This document shows positions 1-7,122 of a stretch of DNA of 32,000 bases, piece after piece (the first letter of the stretch is position 1; each line of letters opens with the position of its first letter). Source of the DNA: an uncultured Muribaculaceae bacterium (GTDB taxonomy: Bacteria > Pseudomonadota > Alphaproteobacteria > Rs-D84); assembly GCA_965231035.1 (NCBI GenBank), contig OZ246409.1:1-32000 (forward strand), in the 5' to 3' direction. Under the pieces are notes generated by a model, which saw nothing but the letters and a program-made list of their open reading frames with translations, was not told the DNA's origin and made no database searches. Both the position numbers and the translations under genes were made by a program.

Positions 1-16
1 CCACCACCAAAAATCT

Positions 17-42
17 GACCATTCATTTGAATGGTCTTTTTT
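17..42 (+). terminator. Rho-independent terminator of a gene lying upstream of the window
   Basis: Stem GACCATTC/GAATGGTC (17-24/29-36), loop ATTT, T6 at 37-42. Confidence 0.7.
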
Positions 43-126
43 ATTGCAAAAATTCTTGATTTTTTAAGGTTTTTCTGATATGATAACGGCAACAAACAAA
101 GGGTGATTTTTCTCCCTTTTTATTTT

Positions 127-153
127 GTCCTGTAATTTTACAGGGCTTTTTTT
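127..153 (+). terminator. Hairpin plus T-run directly upstream of the 175..882 gene
   Basis: 8-bp stem 127-134/139-146 (one G-U pair), 4-nt loop, T7 at 147-153. Confidence 0.55.
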
Positions 154-174
154 GTTTAATCAAAAGGATAATAA

Positions 175-882
175 ATGCAAAAAGTTAAATATGTTTATAT
201 TTGGAATGGTGGCGAGTGTCCGGCGTGTGCGGCTATGGACGGGACAGAATTTTATGATGAAAAAGATATTAATCCGTATCCGCCGTTACATCCAAATTGT
301 AAATGCTATATTTCTGTTCTGGAAATAGATGACGATGGAAAAATTAAACCAACAAATGTTCAATTCAAAAAAGCAGTAGATAAAACACTAAGTAGCGAGG
401 GCGGATATACAAAAAACGAAGGTCGTAAAGATCAACCCACAAAAATGGGGGTAAAAAAAGATACGTTGGATATTTATAATTCAAAGTATCCAAATTTTAA
501 TTTTCCAGATAAAGTTCAAGATTTAAAAATTGAACAGGTGGAACAAATTTACAAAATGGAATATTGGGATAACTTAAGATTTGAAGAAATAAATAATAAC
601 CGAATAAGAGATGCGTTATTTGATATGCAGGTTATGAGTGGATATGAAAATATGGCAGAACAATTACAAGAATCTTTAAATAAGTTTAATTTTATAAATT
701 CATCAATTGATGGAGTGATGGGCAGCAAAACTATTAAAGAAATTAATGATATACCATCAAATAAAATTAATGATTTTATGGAAATATTGAAAGATAACAG
801 AATGAAACATTTGCAAAATGATGATAAACAGAAATGGGAAGAAAATAAAAATGGTTGGGCAGAAAGAACCCTTAGATATTAA
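175..882 (+). CDS. Fusion protein: Mu F/SPP1 gp7-type C-terminal Cys motif (about 50 aa), then a GH108 lysozyme-like domain with a PG_binding_3-like tail
   Basis: ATG 175 has AAGGA 6 nt upstream. The N-terminus reads CPAC...PPLHPNCKC, matching the MuF-family signature CxxC...HPNC[RK]C. Then EGGYTKNEG..DQPTKMG, IYKMEYWD, ALFDMQVMSG and IDGVMGSKT fit the GH108/PG_binding_3 pattern. Confidence 0.8.
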   Translation: MQKVKYVYIWNGGECPACAAMDGTEFYDEKDINPYPPLHPNCKCYISVLEIDDDGKIKPTNVQFKKAVDKTLSSEGGYTKNEGRKDQPTKMGVKKDTLDIYNSKYPNFNFPDKVQDLKIEQVEQIYKMEYWDNLRFEEINNNRIRDALFDMQVMSGYENMAEQLQESLNKFNFINSSIDGVMGSKTIKEINDIPSNKINDFMEILKDNRMKHLQNDDKQKWEENKNGWAERTLRY

Positions 883-1292
883 GATTTTGTCCAGTCGCCT
901 TCAATTGTTGCATTCATACCACAAAATATATTCCACGAATTTATGTTGCCATAATGTATATTTATAGTATTGTTTGCTGTATGTGTAAATCGGATTTCTG
1001 ATATAAAATCTATAACTCCGTTATTAAATCTTTTGGTATAAGTTGCGTGTGTTTTATCATAAATTTTCATAATTCCATCTACATCACAAGTATGACCATA
1101 TTGGGAAGAATATAATTTAAATTTACACTGTTTATCAGTGCAATCAGAAATTACCATTTTTCCATCATAATTATCACCAGACTTGTTCAAAAACCATGTA
1201 CCAGAAAATGTTTGATTTTCTTTTTCGTCTTTTGATGCCATAGAACAGGCAGATAAAATTAATATTACAAATATTAAAAACTTATTTTGCAT
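879..1292 (-). CDS. Predicted lipoprotein, unknown function
   Basis: MQNKFLIFVILILSAC has a charged n-region, a hydrophobic core and an LSAC lipobox. An alternative in-frame ATG lies at 1316. Its stop overlaps the stop of 175..882 within TTAA (879-882). Confidence 0.65.
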   Translation of the reverse strand: MQNKFLIFVILILSACSMASKDEKENQTFSGTWFLNKSGDNYDGKMVISDCTDKQCKFKLYSSQYGHTCDVDGIMKIYDKTHATYTKRFNNGVIDFISEIRFTHTANNTINIHYGNINSWNIFCGMNATIEGDWTKS

Positions 1293-1547
1293 ACCCGTAC
1301 TGTAATGTATTAACATTAAAATTTCAATTTAAATCCATGTTTGTTAACCAGCTCGTGAAGCAATAAAATTATTATAAGAATCCTATTTTGGATTTGGGCT
1401 TAAATAACACAGATTCAGGTATTTATAAACTGATCTATGTTTGCGGTTGATTTTGGTGGCATGCTTGTATTTCTGGGCATACGCCGATGCCCACACTAAT
1501 GTGGTATCATTCTCTGATAATTTATTTAAAGTAAATAACAAAAATCT

Positions 1548-2084
1548 TTATGGGGATATCCAGAACCAAGCCCATCCAGCAGGAGGTGTTCCCGTAGGTT
1601 GACTGGTTGGGACAGCCATAAAACGGGCGTCATCACCAGTTGCAACAGTATTAGCAACTGCGCCAGTTGGCAAAAGCGGGAAAGAAACGGTTCCACTGGT
1701 TAAATTTGAAGCATTCGTTTGATCAATATTTTGAACATTGCCAAGACCTACCTGGGTCTTGGTAACAGCATGTGGGTTTGAAATATCGCTGATGTGTGTA
1801 TAAACAGCTTTGGCAGATGGATATTGATTGTCTGTGCTGGAACTATTTATAACCAAAGTTTTATTGGATTTTTCTTCGAATCCACTGGATAAAACAATTC
1901 TATCAACATATGCCTTAGAAGAAATATTCGCAAAGACCATAGGGCTGTAACCAATGAAAATCAAGGCACTTGCGATGATTATCATAAATAAGGTTTTTAA
2001 AAAATTTATGCAAAAAACATCTTCAAAAATGTGCACAATTCTTGAGCCTTGAAAAGACTTGTTAAAAAATAACCTCAAAAACAT
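1548..2084 (-). CDS. Membrane-anchored or secreted phage-tail-fibre-like protein
   Basis: Hydrophobic segment MIIIASALIFIGYSPMVFA is followed by SSKAYVD, SSSTDNQYPSAKAVY, TKTQVGLGNVQN and VATGDDARF, motifs typical of phage tail-fibre proteins. It shares the motifs of 30729..31220. The start is ambiguous (GTG 2090, ATG 2084, ATG 1985). Confidence 0.7.
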   Translation of the reverse strand: MFLRLFFNKSFQGSRIVHIFEDVFCINFLKTLFMIIIASALIFIGYSPMVFANISSKAYVDRIVLSSGFEEKSNKTLVINSSSTDNQYPSAKAVYTHISDISNPHAVTKTQVGLGNVQNIDQTNASNLTSGTVSFPLLPTGAVANTVATGDDARFMAVPTSQPTGTPPAGWAWFWISP

Positions 2085-2298
2085 AAGCACAATAACTCTC
2101 TCGGTTTTTTATGCATAACATACTGTTATGATAATAATTTACTATTTTTCGTGCAATTGCGTCAAGTCTAAAAGCCTCGAATCATTTTCTTTCCTAGTGT
2201 TAATAAAATATTTTTAAAATTCTTTTTCTGAAATTTCTTATTTTGGTATTAAAAAATTAATTGTTTTCAAAGAGATAATTTAAAAGAAAACAGTCTTG

Positions 2299-2326
2299 TT
2301 GAAAAATTTGTATGATGTACTACAAT
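2299..2326 (+). promoter_or_regulatory. Sigma70-type promoter for the DUF378 gene
   Basis: TTGAAA (2299-2304), 16-nt spacer, TACAAT (2321-2326). Confidence 0.5.
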
Positions 2327-2371
2327 TTAAGTGTGTCTTTTGGCACATAATACCTAAAAAAGGAGAAGCTG

Positions 2372-2575
2372 ATGCAAGAACTAAAAAAATACTTATTGTT
2401 ACCTTTGTTGATAATAGGCGGTTTGAATTGGGGCCTTGTTGGGGCGTTCCATTTTGATTTGGTAGCCAATATTTTTGGACCAGAAACTCTTCTGGCGCGT
2501 TTAGTGTATATTGTCGTGGGTATGGCAGCTTTGTTGTACACCTATGCCTTGATGATAAAAGAAGGTAAAAAATAA
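2372..2575 (+). CDS. DUF378-family small membrane protein
   Basis: GGAGAAG SD before the ATG. GGLNWGLVGAFHFDLVANIFG...LVYIVVGMAAL matches the DUF378 pattern with two TM helices. Confidence 0.85.
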   Translation: MQELKKYLLLPLLIIGGLNWGLVGAFHFDLVANIFGPETLLARLVYIVVGMAALLYTYALMIKEGKK

Positions 2576-2576
2576 A

Positions 2577-2605
2577 TAAAAATCCGCCATTTGGCGGATT
2601 TTTTA
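2577..2605. terminator. Bidirectional rho-independent terminator between convergent genes
   Basis: Stem AATCCGCC/GGCGGATT (2581-2588/2593-2600), loop ATTT, A-run before and T-run after. Confidence 0.85.
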
Positions 2606-3694
2606 TTAAAACGGATTTTTTTTCCATTTATATCCCGAAGATGAATCTTTATAAGCACGATTAAATAATGCGATCATATAATCTTTATCAAATATAACAT
2701 CTTTGCTTTCATGACAAAAATCATCAGGTATTGATGCCAAGTTATAATCTATATCGTTGTTTTTTACAACCATGTACATTCTGTATAAATCACCATAAGC
2801 TTGATATTTTATAATAGAAGATATTGATCTGCTGAATATTTCATAAACCCTGGGTCTTACAACTTTGTATTCTGAGTGAAGTTTGGAATTTCGAATTAAA
2901 TAAAGTTTTCTTTTTACATTACATTCTTCTTGATATGTTTCTGGCGGTAATAACAACTGCGAAACTACACCGCCATCAACGTGTAATTCTTTATACTGTT
3001 TACCATTAACATTTACATCAAAAAATACTGGTGGAAATACACCGGGCAGAGCCGATGACGCAAGTACAATATTTATTATAAGATCCGTAGAATCTTTTTT
3101 ACCAGAATCGGCAATAGCACCAATATCCCAAATAACTGGATCTTGGGTATCTAAATTGGTTGTGCTGATGTATAATTTTCGGCCTTTTTTATTTTCAAGC
3201 GCAATTTTATTAATAATTTCCGGCGTTAAGTATATTTGTAATTGTTTTTTTAAAGGTTCTGTGTTTGTTACCGCTAAACCGCCAGTTAATCCGTCCAAAA
3301 TATCGATGATTGTAGCAACAAAGACATATTCTCGCGTCATAGTTGTGTACATTTTTTCCAAAGTTAAATCATAGTCCGAACCCAAAAAAGCAAAAGGTGC
3401 AATAATAGCCCCAGTGCTGACACCCGTTACCACTTTGAAATTGGGTCTTTTTTTAGTCTTTGTCCAGCCTTTTAAGAAACCAGCGGCATAAGCTCCGTTG
3501 TCAGATCCACCAGAAATTGCCAAATACGAAATTTCATTTTTTATTGGATAAGGATAATTTTCTGAGCAATGTTTTTTATGATATATGTCCTTTTTATAAT
3601 CCAGTTTTTCTGTGTATCTTATGTTTTTATTGTAATTATCAATAACAGCAGAATTGACATCATCAACCGGGACAGGTGTGTACCAAGATGCCAA
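2606..3694 (-). CDS. Patatin-like phospholipase (probably a lipoprotein; the true start is likely upstream at 3751, see findings)
   Basis: Oxyanion region ISGGSDNGAYAAGFLKGW, nucleophile elbow GVSTG and catalytic Asp in HVDGG. The only canonical start is TTG 3694. The in-frame upstream extension encodes a lipobox signal peptide. Confidence 0.85.
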   Translation of the reverse strand: MASWYTPVPVDDVNSAVIDNYNKNIRYTEKLDYKKDIYHKKHCSENYPYPIKNEISYLAISGGSDNGAYAAGFLKGWTKTKKRPNFKVVTGVSTGAIIAPFAFLGSDYDLTLEKMYTTMTREYVFVATIIDILDGLTGGLAVTNTEPLKKQLQIYLTPEIINKIALENKKGRKLYISTTNLDTQDPVIWDIGAIADSGKKDSTDLIINIVLASSALPGVFPPVFFDVNVNGKQYKELHVDGGVVSQLLLPPETYQEECNVKRKLYLIRNSKLHSEYKVVRPRVYEIFSRSISSIIKYQAYGDLYRMYMVVKNNDIDYNLASIPDDFCHESKDVIFDKDYMIALFNRAYKDSSSGYKWKKNPF

Positions 3695-3809
3695 AGAGCA
3701 ACCCGACAGGCAAAATATAAAAATAAAAAGATTTAAAGGACGTTTAAATATATTTTAATTCCTTATAACGCTGTAATTATACAATAAATAAGGATAAATA
3801 ACTATAAAT

Positions 3810-3832
3810 AAAAATCCGCCAACCGGCGGATT
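3810..3832 (-). terminator. Terminator of the 3833..4126 gene
   Basis: Stem ATCCGCC/GGCGGAT (3814-3820/3825-3831), loop AACC, directly after the stop codon, flanked by A/T runs. Confidence 0.7.
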
Positions 3833-4126
3833 TTATTTAGAAATTTTTGTTCTAAAGTTAGTGTTATATTGTTTTATTGCTTCAAGTTCCAAATTAAAAG
3901 CTTCGGATTTATTTACCGGCTCACCAGTTTTTCTGTTTGTTCTGAAACTGTGTCCTCCTGTCAGAGAATATTCAACATAACCAGCATAAAAAGATATTTT
4001 TCTGCAATTTTTCACTAATAAATTTATGTGATTAAAAGGCAGAGGTCTTTCAACACTTTTTAAAACTTCAGCCAACCTGATACGGTCTTCGGCAAGTTTT
4101 TCTTTTGTTTGTTCTGTTTTTAACAC
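3833..4126 (-). CDS. Hypothetical protein (97 aa)
   Basis: GTG start with AAGGA 7 nt upstream and its own terminator. No motif recognised. Confidence 0.6.
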   Translation of the reverse strand: MLKTEQTKEKLAEDRIRLAEVLKSVERPLPFNHINLLVKNCRKISFYAGYVEYSLTGGHSFRTNRKTGEPVNKSEAFNLELEAIKQYNTNFRTKISK

Positions 4127-4262
4127 TTAATAATCCTTTTTTATAACAGGGTATATTTTATAGTACATTATTTATTGTTTGTCAATAAATATAACATCTT
4201 GAATGTGTAACACAATAATTATGTTGCTTTTTTTAATAATTGTGATACAAATACTACGTACG

Positions 4263-4291
4263 TTGATTTTATTCAATAGCTGACTTATACT
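4263..4291 (+). promoter_or_regulatory. cspA promoter giving a 5' UTR of about 100 nt
   Basis: TTGATT (4263-4268), 17-nt spacer, TATACT (4286-4291). Long leaders are typical of cold-shock genes. Confidence 0.55.
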
Positions 4292-4397
4292 AAATTTTTC
4301 TTCTAATAAAAGTAAGATTTTCTAAAGAAGTAATGAAAAAATCTTCGCTGCTTTCATAATTATTATGTTGGCGGTTACTTTACTAAAAGGAAAAAAA

Positions 4398-4598
4398 ATG
4401 AAAGGTACAGTAAAATGGTTTAATTCTCAGAAAGGTTTTGGTTTTATTAAACCAGAAACCGGTAGTGAAGATGTGTTTGTTCACATTTCTGCTGTTGAGG
4501 CTGCTGGATTAAAATCTTTGGCAGATAACCAAGAAGTTACATTTGAAATTTCAGAAGAAAAGGGACGTAAGTCTGCTAAGAATCTGAAAATTGCTTAA
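4398..4598 (+). CDS. cspA: Cold-shock protein, CspA family
   Basis: [12 protein letters not shown] (RNP1) and VFVHIS (RNP2). ATG 4398 has an AAAGGA SD. The upstream part of the tracked ORF is ignored. Confidence 0.95.
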   Translation: MKGTVKWFNSQKGFGFIKPETGSEDVFVHISAVEAAGLKSLADNQEVTFEISEEKGRKSAKNLKIA

Positions 4599-4606
4599 CT
4601 TTGAAT

Positions 4607-4633
4607 AAAAAACCGCCGTTTGGCGGTTTTTTT
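4607..4633 (+). terminator. cspA terminator
   Basis: Stem AACCGCC/GGCGGTT (4611-4617/4622-4628), loop GTTT, T7. Confidence 0.85.
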
Positions 4634-4703
4634 AATGTTCAATTTTATCTAATTTTTTTAAGATTGGTTTAATCCAATATGAAAAGAAAAACGCCAACGG
4701 GGC
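4628..4703. repeat. Copy A of a 76-bp direct repeat (partner 5332..5407)
   Basis: Base-by-base alignment at offset 704 gives 74/76 identical. Mismatches are at 4665/5369 and 4670/5374. Confidence 0.9.
4632..4703 (-). pseudogene. Start-less 3' remnant (23 codons plus stop) of a DUF2798-like gene
   Basis: Translates to APLAFFFSYWIKPILKKLDKIEH*, against APLAFFFSYWIQPILKKLDKIEH* in the intact gene 5336..5542. An upstream in-frame TAA follows. Confidence 0.75.
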
Positions 4704-4751
4704 GTCAGTTTTTTATATTGCTCAATTGGGTTTCAAGTTTTATAAAAATAC

Positions 4752-4781
4752 TTGACAAACATATAAAATGTATAATAATAC
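4752..4781 (+). promoter_or_regulatory. Candidate promoter of the 4810..5304 gene
   Basis: Consensus TTGACA (4752-4757) is followed by TGTATAATAATAC. The -10 register is ambiguous (TATAAT at 4771 or TAATAC at 4776). Confidence 0.4.
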
Positions 4782-4809
4782 ATTTGAAAAAATAATTTGG
4801 AGAAGAAAA

Positions 4810-5304
4810 ATGAATTTTTTAAATAGATTAAGCAAAAAAAAAGAAGTTCAAGTAAAAACTGATATGAATGAAAATAATACAGATGATATTGCTGTTAAAT
4901 ATATTATAAAAGACCCAAAAAATGTTTTTGTTGATTATGATTTATTTTCAAGTTGTGAAGAAATGCCCGTTTGTTTAGAAAATAATGGTAATTCTGGTTG
5001 GTTAGAATCAAAAATTTTTCCAACGGGTGGTTTTATCAGATATTTAAGCGAATTAAAAAAAGCTCCTTTGGAATTCAGAAATATTGAATTAGCCAGAACA
5101 ATAACAGAATATGACTTTGCTGGTAAAAAAGTTTATATTTTACCAACAACAGATATTGTAACAACACCTGGGTGGTCATTGTCAACAAACAAAAAAACCC
5201 GTGAACACATGTTAAGAACTATACGAGAATACAGAACTTTGAATCAAAAAATGGCTGATATCATGGCAAGAGCGGATATTAGAGCGGTTGTAAAGGGTAT
5301 GTAA
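4810..5304 (+). CDS. Hypothetical protein (164 aa) carried on the repeat-flanked 704-bp unit
   Basis: ATG 4810 has GGAGA 7 nt upstream and its own terminator. No family recognised. Confidence 0.65.
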   Translation: MNFLNRLSKKKEVQVKTDMNENNTDDIAVKYIIKDPKNVFVDYDLFSSCEEMPVCLENNGNSGWLESKIFPTGGFIRYLSELKKAPLEFRNIELARTITEYDFAGKKVYILPTTDIVTTPGWSLSTNKKTREHMLRTIREYRTLNQKMADIMARADIRAVVKGM

Positions 5305-5305
5305 T

Positions 5306-5337
5306 AAAAAATCCTCAGAAATTTCTGGGGATTTTTT
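5306..5337. terminator. Bidirectional terminator between 4810..5304 and the DUF2798-like gene
   Basis: 10-bp stem AATCCTCAGA/TCTGGGGATT (5310-5319/5324-5333, one G-U pair), loop AATT, A5 before and T6 after. Confidence 0.8.
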
Positions 5338-5407
5338 AATGTTCAATTTTATCTAATTTTTTTAAGATCGGTTGAATCCAATATGAAAAGAAAAACGCCA
5401 ACGGGGC
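5332..5407. repeat. Copy B of the 76-bp direct repeat (inside the intact gene end)
   Basis: See copy A. Confidence 0.9.
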
Positions 5408-5542
5408 TGCAATTATTACTGAACCAAACCAGGCAATCCAAAAATATTTAAAATCACCCATTGCGTAGTGAATAAGTGAAATAGATAGTGTCATACAGAA
5501 AATCATATAAATTTGTGGGATAAAACGTTTTATTTTTGACAT
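5336..5542 (-). CDS. Small two-TM membrane protein, DUF2798-like
   Basis: 68 aa with two hydrophobic helices and a W..W...AAPLAFFFSYWIQPILKKL pattern resembling DUF2798. The family call is from memory only. Confidence 0.6.
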   Translation of the reverse strand: MSKIKRFIPQIYMIFCMTLSISLIHYAMGDFKYFWIAWFGSVIIAAPLAFFFSYWIQPILKKLDKIEH

Positions 5543-5614
5543 TTATGGGCTCTTTTGATCGATGTCTTTATTTTGCACAGGTTTATATAAAGGTTGAACC
5601 TGTGAAACACCCAT

Positions 5615-5639
5615 AAAAAAGACACATTTAAAATGTGTC
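5615..5639 (-). terminator. tRNA-Asn terminator
   Basis: Stem GACACAT/ATGTGTC (5621-5627/5633-5639). On the minus strand it is followed by T6 (A-run 5615-5620). Confidence 0.75.
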
Positions 5640-5648
5640 CTGAATAAC

Positions 5649-5724
5649 TGGCTCGGGCAGCTGGACTCGAACCAGCGACATACGGATTAACAGTCCGTTG
5701 TTCTACCGACTGAACTATGCCCGA
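5649..5724 (-). tRNA. tRNA-Asn (anticodon GTT)
   Basis: Manual cloverleaf of 76 nt: acceptor TCGGGCA/TGCCCGA, anticodon stem ACGGA/TCCGT, loop CTGTTAA, T-loop TTCGAGT, encoded CCA. Confidence 0.93.
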
Positions 5725-5735
5725 ATTGCCCGCCA

Positions 5736-5764
5736 ATCTTATAATTTATTTTTAATGATTTCAA
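5736..5764 (-). promoter_or_regulatory. Candidate tRNA-Asn promoter with a GC-rich discriminator
   Basis: Minus strand reads TTGAAA, 17-nt spacer, TAAGAT, then TGGCGGGCAA, then the tRNA 5' end. Confidence 0.45.
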
Positions 5765-5846
5765 GTGGTTTTTTAAAATTATTGCGAATTTGTTTTTTTA
5801 GTGCTATGTTTCAACCTGTCCGTAAAATATTAAAAAAGGAAAAGAA

Positions 5847-6650
5847 ATGTTATTGAAAGGTAAAAAACTTTTGATTACTGGTGTTGCTAGCGATAAATCT
5901 ATGGCTTGGGCGATTGCCAAACGTGCTTCAGAAGAGGGTGCAGAAATTGCGATGTCTTTCGGTGCTTTTGGTGAAAAACGTGCACGTCCTTTGGCTGAAT
6001 CAATTGGCGCGAAGATTGTCGAAGTTTGTGATGTTCAGAACGAAGCGGAAATGGATGCTTTGTTTAATAAAATTGAAAAAGAATGGGGACATTTGGACGG
6101 TTTGTTACATTCTATTGCTTTTTCAGACCACAACGAATTAAATGGTCGTTATGCTGACACTACACGTGAAAATTTCAAAAATACAATGGACGTTTCGGTG
6201 TTTTCTTTGGTTGATTTGACACGCCGCAGTGCAAAGTTAATGAAAAATGGTGGCAGTGTTGTAACTTTGACTTATTTTGGTGCTGAAAAATCAGTTCCGA
6301 ATTATAACGTTATGGGTGTTGCAAAAAGTGCTTTGGAATCATCTGTTCGTTATTTGGCATCTGATCTTGGTCGTGATGGTATTCGTGTTAATTCTCTCAG
6401 TGCGGGTCCGATTTTGACCTTGGCTGCCAGTGGTGTTGGTGGATTCAGAAGTATGTTGCGTTTGAATGAAAAAATGACACCTTTGCGTCGCAATATGACT
6501 TTGGACGATGTATCTGGCGCAGCGGTTTATTTGTTCAGTGATTTGGCAAGTGGTGTAACTGGTGAAACTCATCACGTGGATTGTGGGTATTCTTCAACTG
6601 GTATGTTACCAAATGAGCTGAAAGATATTTTATTGAAAGGTTTGGAATAA
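5847..6650 (+). CDS. fabI: Enoyl-ACP reductase (NADH), FabI
   Basis: N-terminal LITGVASDKSMAW, Y-x6-K (YNVMGVAK) and LASDLG..GIRVN; SD AAGGAAAAG. Confidence 0.95.
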   Translation: MLLKGKKLLITGVASDKSMAWAIAKRASEEGAEIAMSFGAFGEKRARPLAESIGAKIVEVCDVQNEAEMDALFNKIEKEWGHLDGLLHSIAFSDHNELNGRYADTTRENFKNTMDVSVFSLVDLTRRSAKLMKNGGSVVTLTYFGAEKSVPNYNVMGVAKSALESSVRYLASDLGRDGIRVNSLSAGPILTLAASGVGGFRSMLRLNEKMTPLRRNMTLDDVSGAAVYLFSDLASGVTGETHHVDCGYSSTGMLPNELKDILLKGLE

Positions 6651-6653
6651 ATT

Positions 6654-6679
6654 AAAAATCCCGCACTTGCGGGATTTTT
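6654..6679. terminator. Bidirectional terminator between fabI and paralog P1
   Basis: Stem ATCCCGC/GCGGGAT (6658-6664/6669-6675), loop ACTT, A-run and T-run on either side. Confidence 0.85.
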
Positions 6680-7094
6680 AATAAGTGTTTTGGTATTGCT
6701 TTTTAATTAAAATCTTTGGCATAAGACCACTAATAAAAGTATTTGGTTTTACTTTTTCCCAAGTTTTTATTGCCTCAAGCATTGCATAACCGTTTTCAGA
6801 ATTTTGGTCGTTTCTATAAGAATATATTTTAGTTAGTACATTATAAAATATATCTATAAGTTTTGTAACACCTTTGTCAAATTGTTTAAATCCATTTGGG
6901 GTTATTCCATGTCCCAAAACCATAAAAGGAGTTTCTTTGAAATAATAGGGTTGTTTCATACTTTTTACAATGTTAATGTTTTGTTGGATTTTGTTTTCAG
7001 TTCCATCAAATACGTAAAGTTTGCTGGTTTCCAAAACGGTAATAACAGAATCAAAAAAATTTTGAATTTTAACTTCTAAATTTACAGTCATCAT
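6678..7094 (-). CDS. Paralog P1 of an unrecognised family (138 aa)
   Basis: ATG 7094 has AAGG upstream. The motifs IQNFFDSVITVLETSK, NGFKQFD and TWEKVKP are shared with P2-P4. Confidence 0.7.
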   Translation of the reverse strand: MMTVNLEVKIQNFFDSVITVLETSKLYVFDGTENKIQQNINIVKSMKQPYYFKETPFMVLGHGITPNGFKQFDKGVTKLIDIFYNVLTKIYSYRNDQNSENGYAMLEAIKTWEKVKPNTFISGLMPKILIKKQYQNTY

Positions 7095-7122
7095 TTCACA
7101 ATTACCTTTGTTGTGATAAATA

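Noticed and set aside
1317-1547. 231-bp spacer with the hairpin TGGGCAT-N6-ATGCCCA (about 1475-1494) as a possible ncRNA
   Set aside because: It has no U-tract, no recognisable RNA family motif and only tiny ORFs. It most likely holds the promoter of the lipoprotein gene and a weak 3' structure of the tail-fibre-like gene.
2280-2627. Minus-strand ORFs 2280-2627 and 2320-2541
   Set aside because: They are antisense to the DUF378 gene, which has a strong SD, a family signature and a terminator.
5530-5736. 68-aa tracked ORF on the minus strand
   Set aside because: It is almost entirely the tRNA-Asn gene and its flanks read as protein. The cloverleaf explains the sequence.
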